Positions 28,315 to 39,550 of a stretch of DNA of 64,000 nucleotides are shown here, one piece after another. A program made the translations under genes and the position numbers. This stretch comes from Candidatus Latescibacterota bacterium. GTDB lineage: Bacteria; Latescibacterota; UBA2968. Position 1 is the stretch's first letter. The number at the start of each line of letters is the position of its first letter. The stretch covers positions 2,976,001 through 3,040,000 of the forward strand of contig OZ240241.1 in assembly GCA_965198115.1 (NCBI GenBank), in the 5' to 3' direction. Under the pieces are notes generated by a model that saw only the letters and a list, made by a program, of their open reading frames with translations, was not told where the DNA came from and searched no databases.

Positions 28315-29067
28315 ATGAAACTGACTGAGGAGGACATCTGGTACTTCAAGCACACCGGCTTCCATCGTGTTGCGGAGACGCTGCCGAACGATCTCGTCGA
28401 TCGACTCAACGAGGCTACATCACATCACGTGGCCGAGATGATCGAGCCGATCGTATGGGAGGACAAGGAGAGCCGGCGCCCCGAATCCGTCAGACGTCTG
28501 TCCAAAATCCTCCAGCGCGATCCGGCTTATCTGGAGGCCGCAACACAACCGTTCATTCTGGACGCGCTTGAAGGTTACCTGGGCCCGAACATCGAGCTGC
28601 TCACGAACAAACACAATCACGCGATGGTCCGCCCGCCCGGTTCCTTCCGGGTCCCCTGGCATTCGGGCGAAGAACCGTGGGAACCGACGCTCATTACAGC
28701 ATTGATTTTCCTGGAGGAATCCACGGTCGAGAACGGATGCGTCCGGATCGTTCCGGGCAGTCACCAACGGCCATTCTCTCACAAGCGTCGTCCGCGTGGC
28801 GACTGGTATGAAGCGGAGCAGTACTGCCGCGCGCTCCCCGTTCCGATGCCCCGGGGCGGAATCCTGTTATTCAACGACTGCTGCTACCACGGATCCGACG
28901 TGAACCAGTCCAGTGAGTCCCGCCGCAGCATGACGCTCGGCTACCGCGCCCACGACTCCCACGATGTCTTAAAGGACGACCCGGAAAAAATCATCGTCCG
29001 TGGTGAGCGCATTTACAGCGGCCACCCACACCCGTTTCCAGACATGCCGGAGTCGACATCGCACTAG
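28315..29067 (+). CDS. Phytanoyl-CoA dioxygenase (PhyH) family Fe(II)/2OG dioxygenase
   Basis: PWH, ENGCVRIVPGSH, G..LLFN....HGS..N.S...RR motifs. Confidence 0.88.
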   Translation: MKLTEEDIWYFKHTGFHRVAETLPNDLVDRLNEATSHHVAEMIEPIVWEDKESRRPESVRRLSKILQRDPAYLEAATQPFILDALEGYLGPNIELLTNKHNHAMVRPPGSFRVPWHSGEEPWEPTLITALIFLEESTVENGCVRIVPGSHQRPFSHKRRPRGDWYEAEQYCRALPVPMPRGGILLFNDCCYHGSDVNQSSESRRSMTLGYRAHDSHDVLKDDPEKIIVRGERIYSGHPHPFPDMPESTSH

Positions 29068-30699
29068 CGCCCGTCTTTCAAGCGGGGCTCCTGCCCGCGG
29101 TCGTGTGGCGGCCAAACGCCTTCGCTCGTCCCCGTGTTCTGGACGGGGACGCATAACTTCGCCGGTACGCTATCGATCAGTTCGACCACGCTGTTGCCCC
29201 GTGCCGAGCACGGGGCAGAGCGCATCGCCTAAAAACTATGGTTCCCAGGCAGAGCTGGGAACGAGGAATTCCTCTTCACCAATGGACTCAATTCCGCGAC
29301 CCGAGTACCCCCGTCCTCAATTCGTCCGTGACAGCTGGATCAACCTGAACGGTCCGTGGCGTTTCGCCTTCGATTTCGGAGACACGGGCGTAGAGAACGG
29401 GTGGAATCAGGACCCATCAGGATTCGATCTCGAGATCGTCGTTCCCTACTGCCCCGAGAGTCGTCTGTCTGGCGTTGCCCACACCGACTTCATTCCAGCC
29501 ACTTTCGCGCTTCCGAATGACTGGCACGATCAGCGGGTGCTCCTTCACTTTGGCGCGGTCGACTACGATTGCCACGTCTGGGTCAACGGCAAGGATGTCG
29601 GACGACATTACGGAGGCAGCGCCTCCTTCACGTTCGACATCACCGACGCGCTCGGCTCCGGCGACAACGTCCTCGTCGTGCGGGCGCGCGACGATCTACG
29701 CTCCGGGCTTCAGCCGGGGGGAAAGCAGTGCAAACAGCTTCGCTCTCGAGGCTGCCATTACACACGGACGACGGGCATCTGGCAAACCGTCTGGCTCGAG
29801 GCCGTGCCGGACGTCAATCTTCACTCTGTCCGTGTCGTCCCGGATCTCGATGGATCACGATTCATCCTGACGCCGTCCCTGAACCACGACGCACACGACT
29901 ATACGATTCGGGCCACGTTGCTGGACGATAGTCAGGACGTCGGAGGCGCCACGGCCCCCGCACTCAACGGCGGTGCCTTCTCGATCCGCATCAAAGACCC
30001 AAAGCCTTGGTCACCGGCCGATCCTCACCTCTACGACATTCGCCTCGAGCTCCTCAATGGTGACGCCGTCGCCGATCAGGTCACGTCTTACGCCGGTCTG
30101 CGAAAATTCCACATCGAAGGCCATCGCTTCTTCCTCAACAACGAACCCTTCTTCGTGCGATTCGTCCTCGACCAGGGCTTCTATCCCGAGGGCATCTGGA
30201 CCGCGCCAACCGATGACGATCTCCGTGGAGACATCGAACTCTCGATGGCCGTCGGCTTCAACGGTGCACGTCTTCACCAAAAAGTCTTCGAAGAGCGCTT
30301 TCACTACTGGGCTGACAAGCTCGGCTACCTCACCTGGGGCGAGTTCTGCGACTGGGGTATGGACTTCGGGCAACCGCGGGCGGTCCACAACCAGCAACGC
30401 GAATGGTCGGAGATCGTTGTCCGCGACCGGAACCACCCGTCGATTGTCGCGTGGACGCCCTTCAACGAAACAGCCGGTCAGGCGCGCAGCCACTTTGAAG
30501 CGCACCGCCGCTGTGTTGAAGAGACCTATGCCCTCACCAAGCGCCTCGACCCGACACGTCCTGTCAACGACACGAGCGGCTACGCACACGTACGCACCGA
30601 CATCTACACCGTCCACGACTACGAGCAAGACGTCGACGCCTTCGTTTCCAAGTATCAGTCGGTCAAACCCGACGCCGGATCGAATGCACATCATCAGCA

Positions 30700-32073
30700 G
30701 AGCTATAATCAAAAGGTGTGGAAAAAGAGAAAGGGCGACCCTACCCTTCCCGTGAGATAGTTGATTCACACAAAACCGGGTGAGAGGCCCGGTTGGGAAG
30801 GAGGATCGCCGTGAAGGAACATACGCATAGAGCCCCATTGAAGTCCATGCCGACGTGGGAGACGGTTGACGATTGGATCCGTGAAGAGATCCAGGGCCGG
30901 TTCCAGTCCATTCTGGAGGAGGAGGCGACCGCGTTCTTGGGCCGGTCGTGGTATGAGCGCCGAGCCGAGGTCGATAGCTCCACGGGCTACAGGAACGGCT
31001 ACGGCAAGCCCCGGCGTCTCTCGACGAGCTGCGGAACGATCAAGGTCCGGCGTCCCCGGGTTCGTGGTCTGGAAGAGCGGTTTGAAAGCCGCATCCTCCC
31101 CCTGTTCGCCCGGAGAACCAGGGCCATTGGAGATCTGCTTCCCGACCTTTATCTCCACGGTCTCTCCCAGGGCGACTTCGAGTTGTCTTTGCGTGCGCTG
31201 CTCGGTGATGGCGCGCCGCTTTCGCCGACCTCGATCGCTCGTCTTCGAGGGAAGTGGGAGGTCGACTTCCAGGACTGGAAAGAAAGGCGTCTGGATAATC
31301 GCGAACTGGTCTACGCCTGGGCTGATGGCATCTACGTCAAAGCCGGGCTCGAGCGCGAGAAGGCGTGTCTGCTGGTCGTGATCGGCGCGATGAGCGACGG
31401 CAGCAAGGAGATCCTGGCGATAGAACCCGGTTATCGAGAGTCTACAGAATCCTGGCTCACGGTGCTCCGGGATCTCCGGGATCGCGGGCTCGAACATCCT
31501 GTCCTGATCGCCGCGGACGGGAATATGGGCATCTGGGCGGCCGTTGATCAGGTCTGGCCAGAGAGCCGGCAACAACGGTGCTGGAACCACAAGATCCTCA
31601 ACGTGCTCGACAAGGTCGCCAAGCGTGCACAGGCTGAAGCCCGCGCACTGCTCGTCCAGATCCCCTATGCCGGCACGAAAAAGGAGGCCGAGAAGCTCCG
31701 GAAACGCTTTGCCGCACGGTATCGCTCACAGTTCCCTGCCGCCGTGGAGACGCTCGAAAGAGACTGGGATCGGATGGTCACGTTCTACGACTTCCCGAAG
31801 GAACACTGGAAACACCTGAGAACCACGAACGTCGTCGAGAGCCCCTTTGCTTCCGTTCGGCTTCGCACAAACGCCGCCAGGCGATTCAAGAAAGTCAGGA
31901 ACGCCACGGCTCTCATCTGGCGTACGCTCAAGGTCGCAGAGAGCCGATTCAGGAAACTCACCGCGCCACACTTGCTACAACAAGTCTACGATCAGAAACA
32001 CTCAACCGGACCGCAGGTCGAAACCGGGAAGATGGCCGCCTGATTTCTTTTACACACCTATTGACCTGAGCTC
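30700..32073 (+). mobile_element. Complete IS256-family element with 8-bp target duplication CATCAGCA
   Basis: IRs GAGCTATAATCAAAAGGTGTG / revcomp GAGCTCAGGTCAATAGGTGTG; DRs at 30692-30699 and 32074-32081. Confidence 0.96.
30811..32043 (+). CDS. IS256-family transposase (intact)
   Basis: AGGAGG RBS; YRNGY, LYLHGLS, WADGIY, RES..SW, ADG, QRCWNHK and RTTNVVES motifs. Confidence 0.95.
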   Translation: MKEHTHRAPLKSMPTWETVDDWIREEIQGRFQSILEEEATAFLGRSWYERRAEVDSSTGYRNGYGKPRRLSTSCGTIKVRRPRVRGLEERFESRILPLFARRTRAIGDLLPDLYLHGLSQGDFELSLRALLGDGAPLSPTSIARLRGKWEVDFQDWKERRLDNRELVYAWADGIYVKAGLEREKACLLVVIGAMSDGSKEILAIEPGYRESTESWLTVLRDLRDRGLEHPVLIAADGNMGIWAAVDQVWPESRQQRCWNHKILNVLDKVAKRAQAEARALLVQIPYAGTKKEAEKLRKRFAARYRSQFPAAVETLERDWDRMVTFYDFPKEHWKHLRTTNVVESPFASVRLRTNAARRFKKVRNATALIWRTLKVAESRFRKLTAPHLLQQVYDQKHSTGPQVETGKMAA

Positions 32074-32438
32074 CATCAGCATCCAGACGTCAGCATCCCC
32101 TACAGCGGACAACCCTACGTCGTCGATGAATACGGGGGAACGTGGTGGTCGGAGAATGAAGCGAAGAAGGCGGAAGAACAGGATGCGGATCGGAAGGACA
32201 GCTGGGGATACGGCAAGCGCCCGACGGAGGTGGAGGAAGTCTATCGCAGAATCGAAGGACTGACGAAAGCGCTGACCGATCACCCGCATATTGCGGGCTA
32301 CACCTACACGCAGTTGACCGACATCGAGCAAGAGCAGAACGGTATCTACCATTACGACCGTTCGCCCAAGTTCGACGCCACGAGACTCAAAAAGGCCTTT
32401 GCGGCACCGGTGGCGATCGAACGAGGACCCACAAGCTG

Positions 32439-33354
32439 ATGAACCTCGACAATTACGTCATTCTGGCTGAAGCCTTTGGGCTCGGGCTGCTGATCGGCAT
32501 CGAGCGGTACAAGGATCGGAAGGAAGACAAACAGCGCTTTGCCGGGGCCCGCACCTTCGCGATTTTCGCGGTGCTTGGAGCAGTCTGCGGCCTGCTCGGG
32601 AGCCCTCTCTTCACGGCGCTCACCTTCACTGCCCTGTTCGCGATCATTGCAATCGGTTACTTCAGAGAATCGATCCAGGGTCTGGGCATGACGACGGAGG
32701 TCACCGCACTGCTGACCTTCTGGCTTGGCTATCTTCTTCACATCCACGAATCGCTTGCAGCCAGCATCGCCATCGTGCTCGTCATTCTCCTCGCATCAAA
32801 GCGTGCGCTCCACGGGTTCGTTCGAGAAACGCTGTCAGACACCGAATTCTATGACACGCTAAAGTTCCTCGCAGTCATCATTGTCATCCTGCCGCTCCTC
32901 CCAGATCACCAGATGGGCCCCTACGAGTTCTTCAATCCCACTCGCGTCTGGTATCTTGTCATCGCGGTTTCGACCATCAGTTACTCAGGCTACGTTCTGA
33001 TCCGAACGTTAGGCGGAAGACGAGGCATCGAACTGAACGCGGTGACCGGCGGCCTGGTCTCCACGACAGCGGTCACACTTGCTCTTTCGGAACAGGCTCG
33101 CCGTCTACCCGAATGCGTTCGTCTTTTCGGTGTCGCCGGTGTGATGGCCAACGCCGTCCAACTTCCTCGCTTGCTCGTGCTGCTCGCTCTCGTCGACCTC
33201 GACCTCGCTTCGCGCATGGCCATTCCCCTCATCGCCGCCAGCGTCGCAGGACTGGGCGGCGCAATTTTACTCGCGAATCTCAAGCGTGTTTGGGACGACC
33301 CGCCCGATGTGGATCTACTCCTCCAGAATCCTTATTCGCTCAGACAAGCACTAA
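32439..33354 (+). pseudogene. MgtC/SapB family DUF4010 membrane protein, 3'-truncated by IS1380
   Basis: LGLLIGIER, AGARTF, GMTTE, ILPLLP and GGLVSTTAVT motifs; ends at NPYSLRQAL with a stop inside the IS end. Confidence 0.85.
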
Positions 33355-33452
33355 CCTGAATTATGCATAAAAAAGGTAGTCTCCTTGTACAAGTGTTTGT
33401 TTTTCCCTACATTAGGGCTGACACATCAAAACAACACTTGGAAGGAACTACC

Positions 33453-36169
33453 GTGATAGAACCTAGTCAGATCCGGTTACCATTCGCAAGCATTTCGGGC
33501 AAGGTAGTTGAGGCTGATTTTGCCGGTGGCGCCGTCAGGAGTGACGGTGGAGTTCTGTTGCTTCGCGCCCTTGAGTCTCAGATGGGATTGATCGCCAGAA
33601 TGGTAGATGCTTTGCGAGATCGTCGTCACCCAAGCTATATCGATCACACGCTTTTGGATCTTGTGAAGCAGCGTGTTTTTCAGATCGCTTGCGGCTATGA
33701 AGATGCCGTCGATTGTGATGATTTGCGCCACGATCCGGGCGTCAAGGCTGCCTGCGATCGGCTTCCTCTTTCCGGTCCTGATCTCGGGAGCCAATCAACG
33801 ATGACACGACTTGAGAATGATGTGCGACGCTCGGATTTGTATCGGCTCGCACGGGCTTTTGTAGACGGGTTCATCGCATCGTATGACCAGGCACCCCCAA
33901 GCATCATTCTCGATATCGACGACACGGATGACCCAACGCACGGTGCGCAACAATTTTCACTCTTCAACGCGTATTACAATGAACACTGCTATATGCCGCT
34001 ACATATCTATGAAGGCCAAAGCGGCAAGCTCATTACGACGATCTTGAGACCCGGGCATCCGACGAACGGTAAACAGGTCGTTTCTATTCTCAAGCGCTTG
34101 GTGGAACACCTACGCGGATCTTGGCCAAACGTGGAGATCATCGTTCGCGCAGACTCAAAGTTCAGCTCACCAGAGATGCACGATTTCTGCGAAGACAACG
34201 GTATCTACTACGTTCTGGGCCAGGGCGCCAACTCCAAGCTCAAAGCGGCTGGACAAAACCTGATGGACCAAGCGCTACGTCTGAGCGAGCATAAGGAGAC
34301 GATTCGCTTGTTCTCATCCTTCTCATATCAGGCTGGCACCTACCGGTAGCCTCGCCGGATCATTCACAAGGCTGAAGTCACAAACGGCGAAGCAAATCCA
34401 AGATACCGCGTGACCAATTTACAGAGTAATCGAGGAGCTATAATCAAAAGGTGTGGAAAAAGAGAAAGGGCGACCCTACCCTTCCCGTGAGATAGTTGAT
34501 TCACACAAAACCGGGTGAGAGGCCCGGTTGGGAAGGAGGATCGCCGTGAAGGAACATACGCATAGAGCCCCATTGAAGTCCATGCCGACGTGGGAGACGG
34601 TTGACGATTGGATCCGTGAAGAGATCCAGGGCCGGTTCCAGTCCATTCTGGAGGAGGAGGCGACCGCGTTCTTGGGCCGGTCGTGGTATGAGCGCCGAGC
34701 CGAGGTCGATAGCTCCAGGGGCTACAGGAACGGCTACGGCAAGCCCCGGCGTCTCTCGACGAGCTGCGGAACGATCAAGGTCCGGCGTCCCCGGGTTCGT
34801 GGTCTGGAAGAGCGGTTTGAAAGCCGCATCCTCCTCCTGTTCGCCCGGAGAACCAGGGCCATTGGAGATCTGCTTCCCGACCTTTATCTCCACGGTCTCT
34901 CCCAGGGCGACTTCGAGTTGTCTTTGCGTGCGCTGCTCGGTGATGGCGCGCCGCTTTCGCCGACCTCGATCGCTCGTCTTCGAGGGAAGTGGGAGGTCGA
35001 CTTCCAGGACTGGAAAGAAAGGCGTCTGGATAATCGCGAACTGGTCTACGCCTGGGCTGATGGCATCTACGTCAAAGCCGGGCTCGAGCGCGAGAAGGCG
35101 TGTCTGCTGGTCGTGATCGGCGCGATGAGCGACGGCAGCAAGGAGATCCTGGCGATAGAACCCGGTTATCGAGTCTACAGAATCCTGGCTCACGGTGCTC
35201 CGGGATCTCCGGGATCGCGGGCTCGAACATCCTGTCCTGATCGCCGCGGACGGGAATATGGGCATCTGGGCGGCCGTTGATCAGGTCTGGCCAGAGAGCC
35301 GGCAACAACGGTGCTGGAACCACAAGATCCTCAACGTTCTCGACAAGGTCGCCAAGCGTGCACAGGCTGAAGCCCGCGCACTGCTCGTCCAGATCCCCTA
35401 TGCCGGCACGAAAAGGAGGCCGAGAAGCTCCGGAAACGCTTTGCCGCACGGTATCGCTCACAGTTCCCTGCCGCCGTGGAGACGCTCGAAAGAGACTGGG
35501 ATCGGATGGTCACGTTCTACGACTTCCCGAAGGAACACTGGAAACACCTGAGAACCACGAACGTCGTCGAGAGCCCCTTTGCTTCCGTTCGGCTTCGCAC
35601 AAACGCCGCCAGGCGATTCAAGAAAGTCAGGAACGCCACGACTCTCATCTGGCGTACGCTCAAGGTCGCAGAGAGCCGATTCAGGAAACTCACCGCGCCA
35701 CACTTGCTACAACAAGTCTACGATCAGAAACACTCAACCGAACCGCAGGTCGAAGCCGGGAAGATGGCCGCCTGATTTCTTTTACACACCTATTGACCTG
35801 AACTCTAATCGAGACGGCTTTATCTATGATCGTATCTACTGCGCAAGGGGACGCACGGAAGGCTTCATCAAGGACCACAAAACATTCCTTCACTCCGATC
35901 GAACATCGTGCCACAAGTTTGAAGCCAACCAGTTCCGACTCTTTCTACACAGTGCTGCATACGCCTTGCTTCACGCACTCCGATCACAGGGACTCAAGGG
36001 CACCGCGTGGACCAAACCTCAGGTCAACACGATACAGAACCGTTTCCTCAAAATCGGCGCGAGAGTCATTGAAAGCGCACGAAGAATCCGATTCCATTTT
36101 CCAACATCGTATCCACTCAAAAACGTCTTGGTGTCAATCATCACCAGGCTCGAAACGAACACGCAGTAA
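33453..36169 (+). pseudogene. IS1380 transposase with a nonsense codon (TAG 34347-34349; CAG in copy 1) and an IS256 insertion
   Basis: Direct comparison with 3085-4363. Confidence 0.92.
34435..35805 (+). mobile_element. IS256-family element with frameshifted transposase and 8-bp DR TAATCGAG
   Basis: DRs at 34427-34434 and 35806-35813; 3 bp shorter than the 30700 copy (2-bp loss near 35171, 1-bp loss near 35411). Confidence 0.94.
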
Positions 36170-36362
36170 CAACGCCGATCTATACCGGGGACAGCTATGT
36201 ACACGTCGCAAAACAACACCTGTTCCGGACGAAAATCGTGACTCTTGCGACTCGTAGAGACCGCTTACGGGACCTTGGACATCCGAAGAAGCCGAGAACA
36301 AATCCTGTGCGTGATCACATCACTCCAAAACAACCTAAACTCAAATTCATGCATGATTCAGG

Positions 36363-37571
36363 CTAGCCCGCAAGATCGATACACACGATTTCATCGAAGT
36401 TCCGCACGTAAACGCGGCCGTTCGCCAGGGTGGGTGGCGTCCAGCATCGTCCTTCCAGCACCTGGTCCCGCGCGACTTCCTGATAGGATTCAGGGGTTGC
36501 CACCACCGTCGCTAGAAACCCCTCCTCTCCCAACACGATCAAGTGTCCGTCGGCAAAGATGAGTGATCCTTTGGCGTATGCGCGTGTCTTCCAACGCTCT
36601 TCCCCAGAATCGACATCGATACACTTCAGGATGCTATTGTCGAATCCATACAGATGTCCCTCGTGGAGGATCGAGGAATTGAAGTGGTTTTCCATTCCCC
36701 GACTCGCCCACGCCTCTTCTGCGGCAACGTTCGCCCCGTCCTCCCGCAACCGGATCATGACAGCCCCCTTGTCGTAGGCCGCTGACACAAAGATTCTGTC
36801 GTCAGGCACGAAAAGGGGCGTCGCGATGTTGATTCCCTTCGGCCACGCGAACGACCAGATGATCCTGCCGTCCTCGGGTGAGGTCCCGATCACGTGCTCC
36901 TCTGTGATGAACACGATCTGTGGTTGACCGTGCGTGGTCACCGCGATCGGCGAAGAGTAGGAGAGACCGTCCGTGTGGTTTGACCAGATCGTCTCGCCCG
37001 TGTCCGTGTCGAAGCACGCAACGGACCGGTTGTCATCACCGCCAACCTCTGCGTACAGACGGTCTCTCACCACCAAAGGCGAACAGGCGTAGCCCCACGT
37101 TGGGAGCTCGCTGCCAAACTCTTCGACGAAATTGCGGGACCAGGCGATACCGCCCGTCGCGGCACTCAGCGCGAACAGAGTGCCTTCCGCACTCACGACA
37201 TAGAGGTTTCTGCCATCCACGGTGGGCATGGATCGTGGACCGTCTCCTCTGGATTCCCTGAAACGCCCTCCCGTAGGGGTGCGCCAGACTTCTTTACCCG
37301 TCGCCGCTTCCAGGCAAAGAACATACTCGACCCGCTCGTCGGCGAACATCGTGAAGACTCGGTTTCCACGGACCGAGATTCCGGAGAACCCCACGCCTAC
37401 GGGCTTACGCCAAACCTCACGGGGTCCGGATTCACCCCAGGTGAAGCGCAGCCCCGTCTCTTCCGATTTGCCCGTTCTGTTGGGTCCGCGCCACTGCGCC
37501 CAGTTGTGGGCTGATTCCGACGAACACGTCAGAATCAGCAGGAAGGCGAGGCACAGAATGCCTGGTTTCAT
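36363..37571 (-). CDS. Secreted PQQ-binding-like (BamB-type) beta-propeller protein
   Basis: Signal peptide, WAQWRGPNRTG, GPRSMPTV, repeated TG...W docking motifs, YSSP and WTPP.LANG. Confidence 0.88.
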   Translation of the reverse strand: MKPGILCLAFLLILTCSSESAHNWAQWRGPNRTGKSEETGLRFTWGESGPREVWRKPVGVGFSGISVRGNRVFTMFADERVEYVLCLEAATGKEVWRTPTGGRFRESRGDGPRSMPTVDGRNLYVVSAEGTLFALSAATGGIAWSRNFVEEFGSELPTWGYACSPLVVRDRLYAEVGGDDNRSVACFDTDTGETIWSNHTDGLSYSSPIAVTTHGQPQIVFITEEHVIGTSPEDGRIIWSFAWPKGINIATPLFVPDDRIFVSAAYDKGAVMIRLREDGANVAAEEAWASRGMENHFNSSILHEGHLYGFDNSILKCIDVDSGEERWKTRAYAKGSLIFADGHLIVLGEEGFLATVVATPESYQEVARDQVLEGRCWTPPTLANGRVYVRNFDEIVCIDLAG

Positions 37572-37715
37572 CCCTTTCCTGTCGTGTGGTTCATCTCCGT
37601 CTGCCATCGGGCCCCACCTTTACAAGAAGTTCACAGATCACCGCGCCCTTCTTCGCTATCCACCTAACAGATGTTCATCCTTACATAAATTCTTACATTT
37701 AATCCAGTCAATCCA

Positions 37716-37731
37716 AGATTGGATCCAATCT
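37716..37731. promoter_or_regulatory. Perfect 16-bp palindrome between divergent genes, candidate operator
   Basis: AGATTGGATCCAATCT in an AT-rich intergenic region. Confidence 0.45.
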
Positions 37732-37765
37732 GCACGACGATCCCAAATGAGTTAGATTTTCCACC

Positions 37766-38725
37766 ATGCGAAGAAAACTCATCCTTCCCTTACTTCTGTT
37801 GTTCTGCGCGTGTCGCCCCATCCCCGACGGCGGCCCCACGGGGCCCGACGTTTCCACGGGTCCCACCGATCCCGCAGGTCGGCTTGCCTACGTCGGCGTC
37901 GGATCCCAGGCAAACCTGCAGGTGCTTCTCGTCTTCCCGGACGGATCCGATCCGGTTTCGCCGATCGGCGGTGGGTTCAGCAACGTTGCTCCGGCCTGGT
38001 CACCCGAGGGCTCACGCCTCGCCTACGCCTCGAACCGAGGTAGCTGGGATATCTACACCGTAGATCTCGCTTCCGGCAATGTCACTGCCGTGGTCGAAGG
38101 ACCCAACATCGAACTGGCGCCCGCGTGGTCCCCCGATGGGAATCGCCTTGCGTTCGAACGCCAGATTGACGGAGTCTATGACATTTTCATCGTGAACGTC
38201 GATGGATCCGGCGAGGTCAACCTGACGAACAGCCCGGGAGACGAGCGGAACCCGGCCTGGTCACCCGACGGACTCCGTATCGCGTTCGAAGCCAGAGATG
38301 ACCTCGGCTTGGCGATCGATCTCATCACAATCGACGGAGGGGAAAGAACGACGCTGACGGGGACGGAAGGTGTGTGGAATGGCGCCCCCTCCTGGTCCCC
38401 GACTGGAGACAGGATTCTCATCGAATCCACGCGCCACCTGGGTCCGATCGATCCTGAGGCCTTCAGGGCTTACGATGTATATGCCATCGATGCCGACGGC
38501 TCGAACGTCGAGCGAATCACCGGCTTCTCAACGGCCGCTCGGGCGATTCGGGTGCCCTCCTGGGCACCCAGCGGCACCGCCATCGCATTCGAGTCCAGAG
38601 ACACGAGCCCCCAGTTCGCCAACACGTTCACCTTTAGAATCTGGACGATGGGTCTCGACGGCTCGGATGTGCGCGAAATCTCGACGATCGGAACCGCGCG
38701 CTTCCCACGATGGTCCCCGATTTAG
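37766..38725 (+). CDS. TolB-like PD40 beta-propeller lipoprotein
   Basis: Lipobox FCAC; repeated P(A/S)WSP(D/E)G.R(L/I)A(F/Y) units. Confidence 0.88.
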   Translation: MRRKLILPLLLLFCACRPIPDGGPTGPDVSTGPTDPAGRLAYVGVGSQANLQVLLVFPDGSDPVSPIGGGFSNVAPAWSPEGSRLAYASNRGSWDIYTVDLASGNVTAVVEGPNIELAPAWSPDGNRLAFERQIDGVYDIFIVNVDGSGEVNLTNSPGDERNPAWSPDGLRIAFEARDDLGLAIDLITIDGGERTTLTGTEGVWNGAPSWSPTGDRILIESTRHLGPIDPEAFRAYDVYAIDADGSNVERITGFSTAARAIRVPSWAPSGTAIAFESRDTSPQFANTFTFRIWTMGLDGSDVREISTIGTARFPRWSPI

Positions 38726-38803
38726 CAAACGCCGGCCCTGGGAACCGACACGACAAAGGGCCAGTACCCCGCGGGGATACTGGCCCTTCGGTCTCCCTGA
38801 TGA

Positions 38804-39188
38804 TTAAAAGTTTCGCATCGAAAGCGGCGTCCAGTAGAGGGTGTGATCCAGACCCTCGCCAGCGCATCGTCAAAGCACGAGGGTTGGGCGTTGTAATCAC
38901 GATCCTGTCACAGCACGACGCGCAGTTTCGGAGGGCTTGAGCCGGATCCATCAGGTGTTCCACGACTTCCCCCAGGAGTATGACGTCGAAATGCTCCTGA
39001 AAGATCGGATGTGACGGGTCCTGCACATCACCCTGGTGAACGTCATCATCCCCTTCACGGGATTCGACATCCATTCCGAACAGACGATCCGAACGCGCCC
39101 TGACGACTTCGTGCAGTGGTCCCGTCGAAGCACCCACGTGCAAAACGCGGCCGTGAACACGCTCCAGGATGTAATCGACTCTGGTCAT
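38804..39188 (-). pseudogene. Class I SAM methyltransferase remnant (frameshifted/truncated)
   Basis: VLHVGASTG, FDVILLGEVVEHL.DP and ITTPN motifs; a DHTLYWTPLSMRNF* continuation lies in a shifted frame. Confidence 0.65.
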
Positions 39189-39550
39189 ACGTTGACTTGT
39201 ACTCCATGTAGGGTGGCAGTACCGGTGCCACTCATTCGCAGGATGACAACGTTCTCCCCATCCGAACCCAAGACTCCATCGATTGTCACCGACGTTGCGA
39301 GAGTGAGTCTCCGGACGTTGCCGAAATCACTCCCCAACCAGGCCCACAGGCATCGTGTTGGGGCGTATCTCTGTCCATCTGGTTCCCCCCCGAAGCCCAA
39401 AGGGCGAAGGTGATTGGCGGTTACCCAGGTTTTGATCGCCGACTACGCCCGCGCTGGATTATCTGTCCAAAATCGTCTTCAAGACAACCCCTTTCTCTCA
39501 TCTGACGAGGCGAATCGAAACCGTCTCTAACGATAACCCAAAGGAACAAC

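Larger units (their letters stand above)
29282..32439 (+). pseudogene. Glycoside hydrolase family 2, interrupted by IS256 at 30700-32073
   Basis: PRPEYPRPQF, LLHFGAVDY, TGIWQTVWLE, LDQG, RLHQK and NHPSI..W..FNE before the IS; DEYGG and GYTYTQLTDIEQEQNG after it, in frame once the IS and one DR are removed. Confidence 0.93.
33355..36362 (+). mobile_element. IS1380-family element, copy 2, carrying an inserted IS256
   Basis: IRs CCTGAATTATGCAT / ATGCATGATTCAGG; flanks CTAA and CTAG do not match. Confidence 0.93.

Noticed and set aside
39185-39400. 71-aa minus-strand ORF upstream of the methyltransferase remnant
   Set aside because: Possibly the tail of a deleted gene, but with no recognisable motif or convincing start
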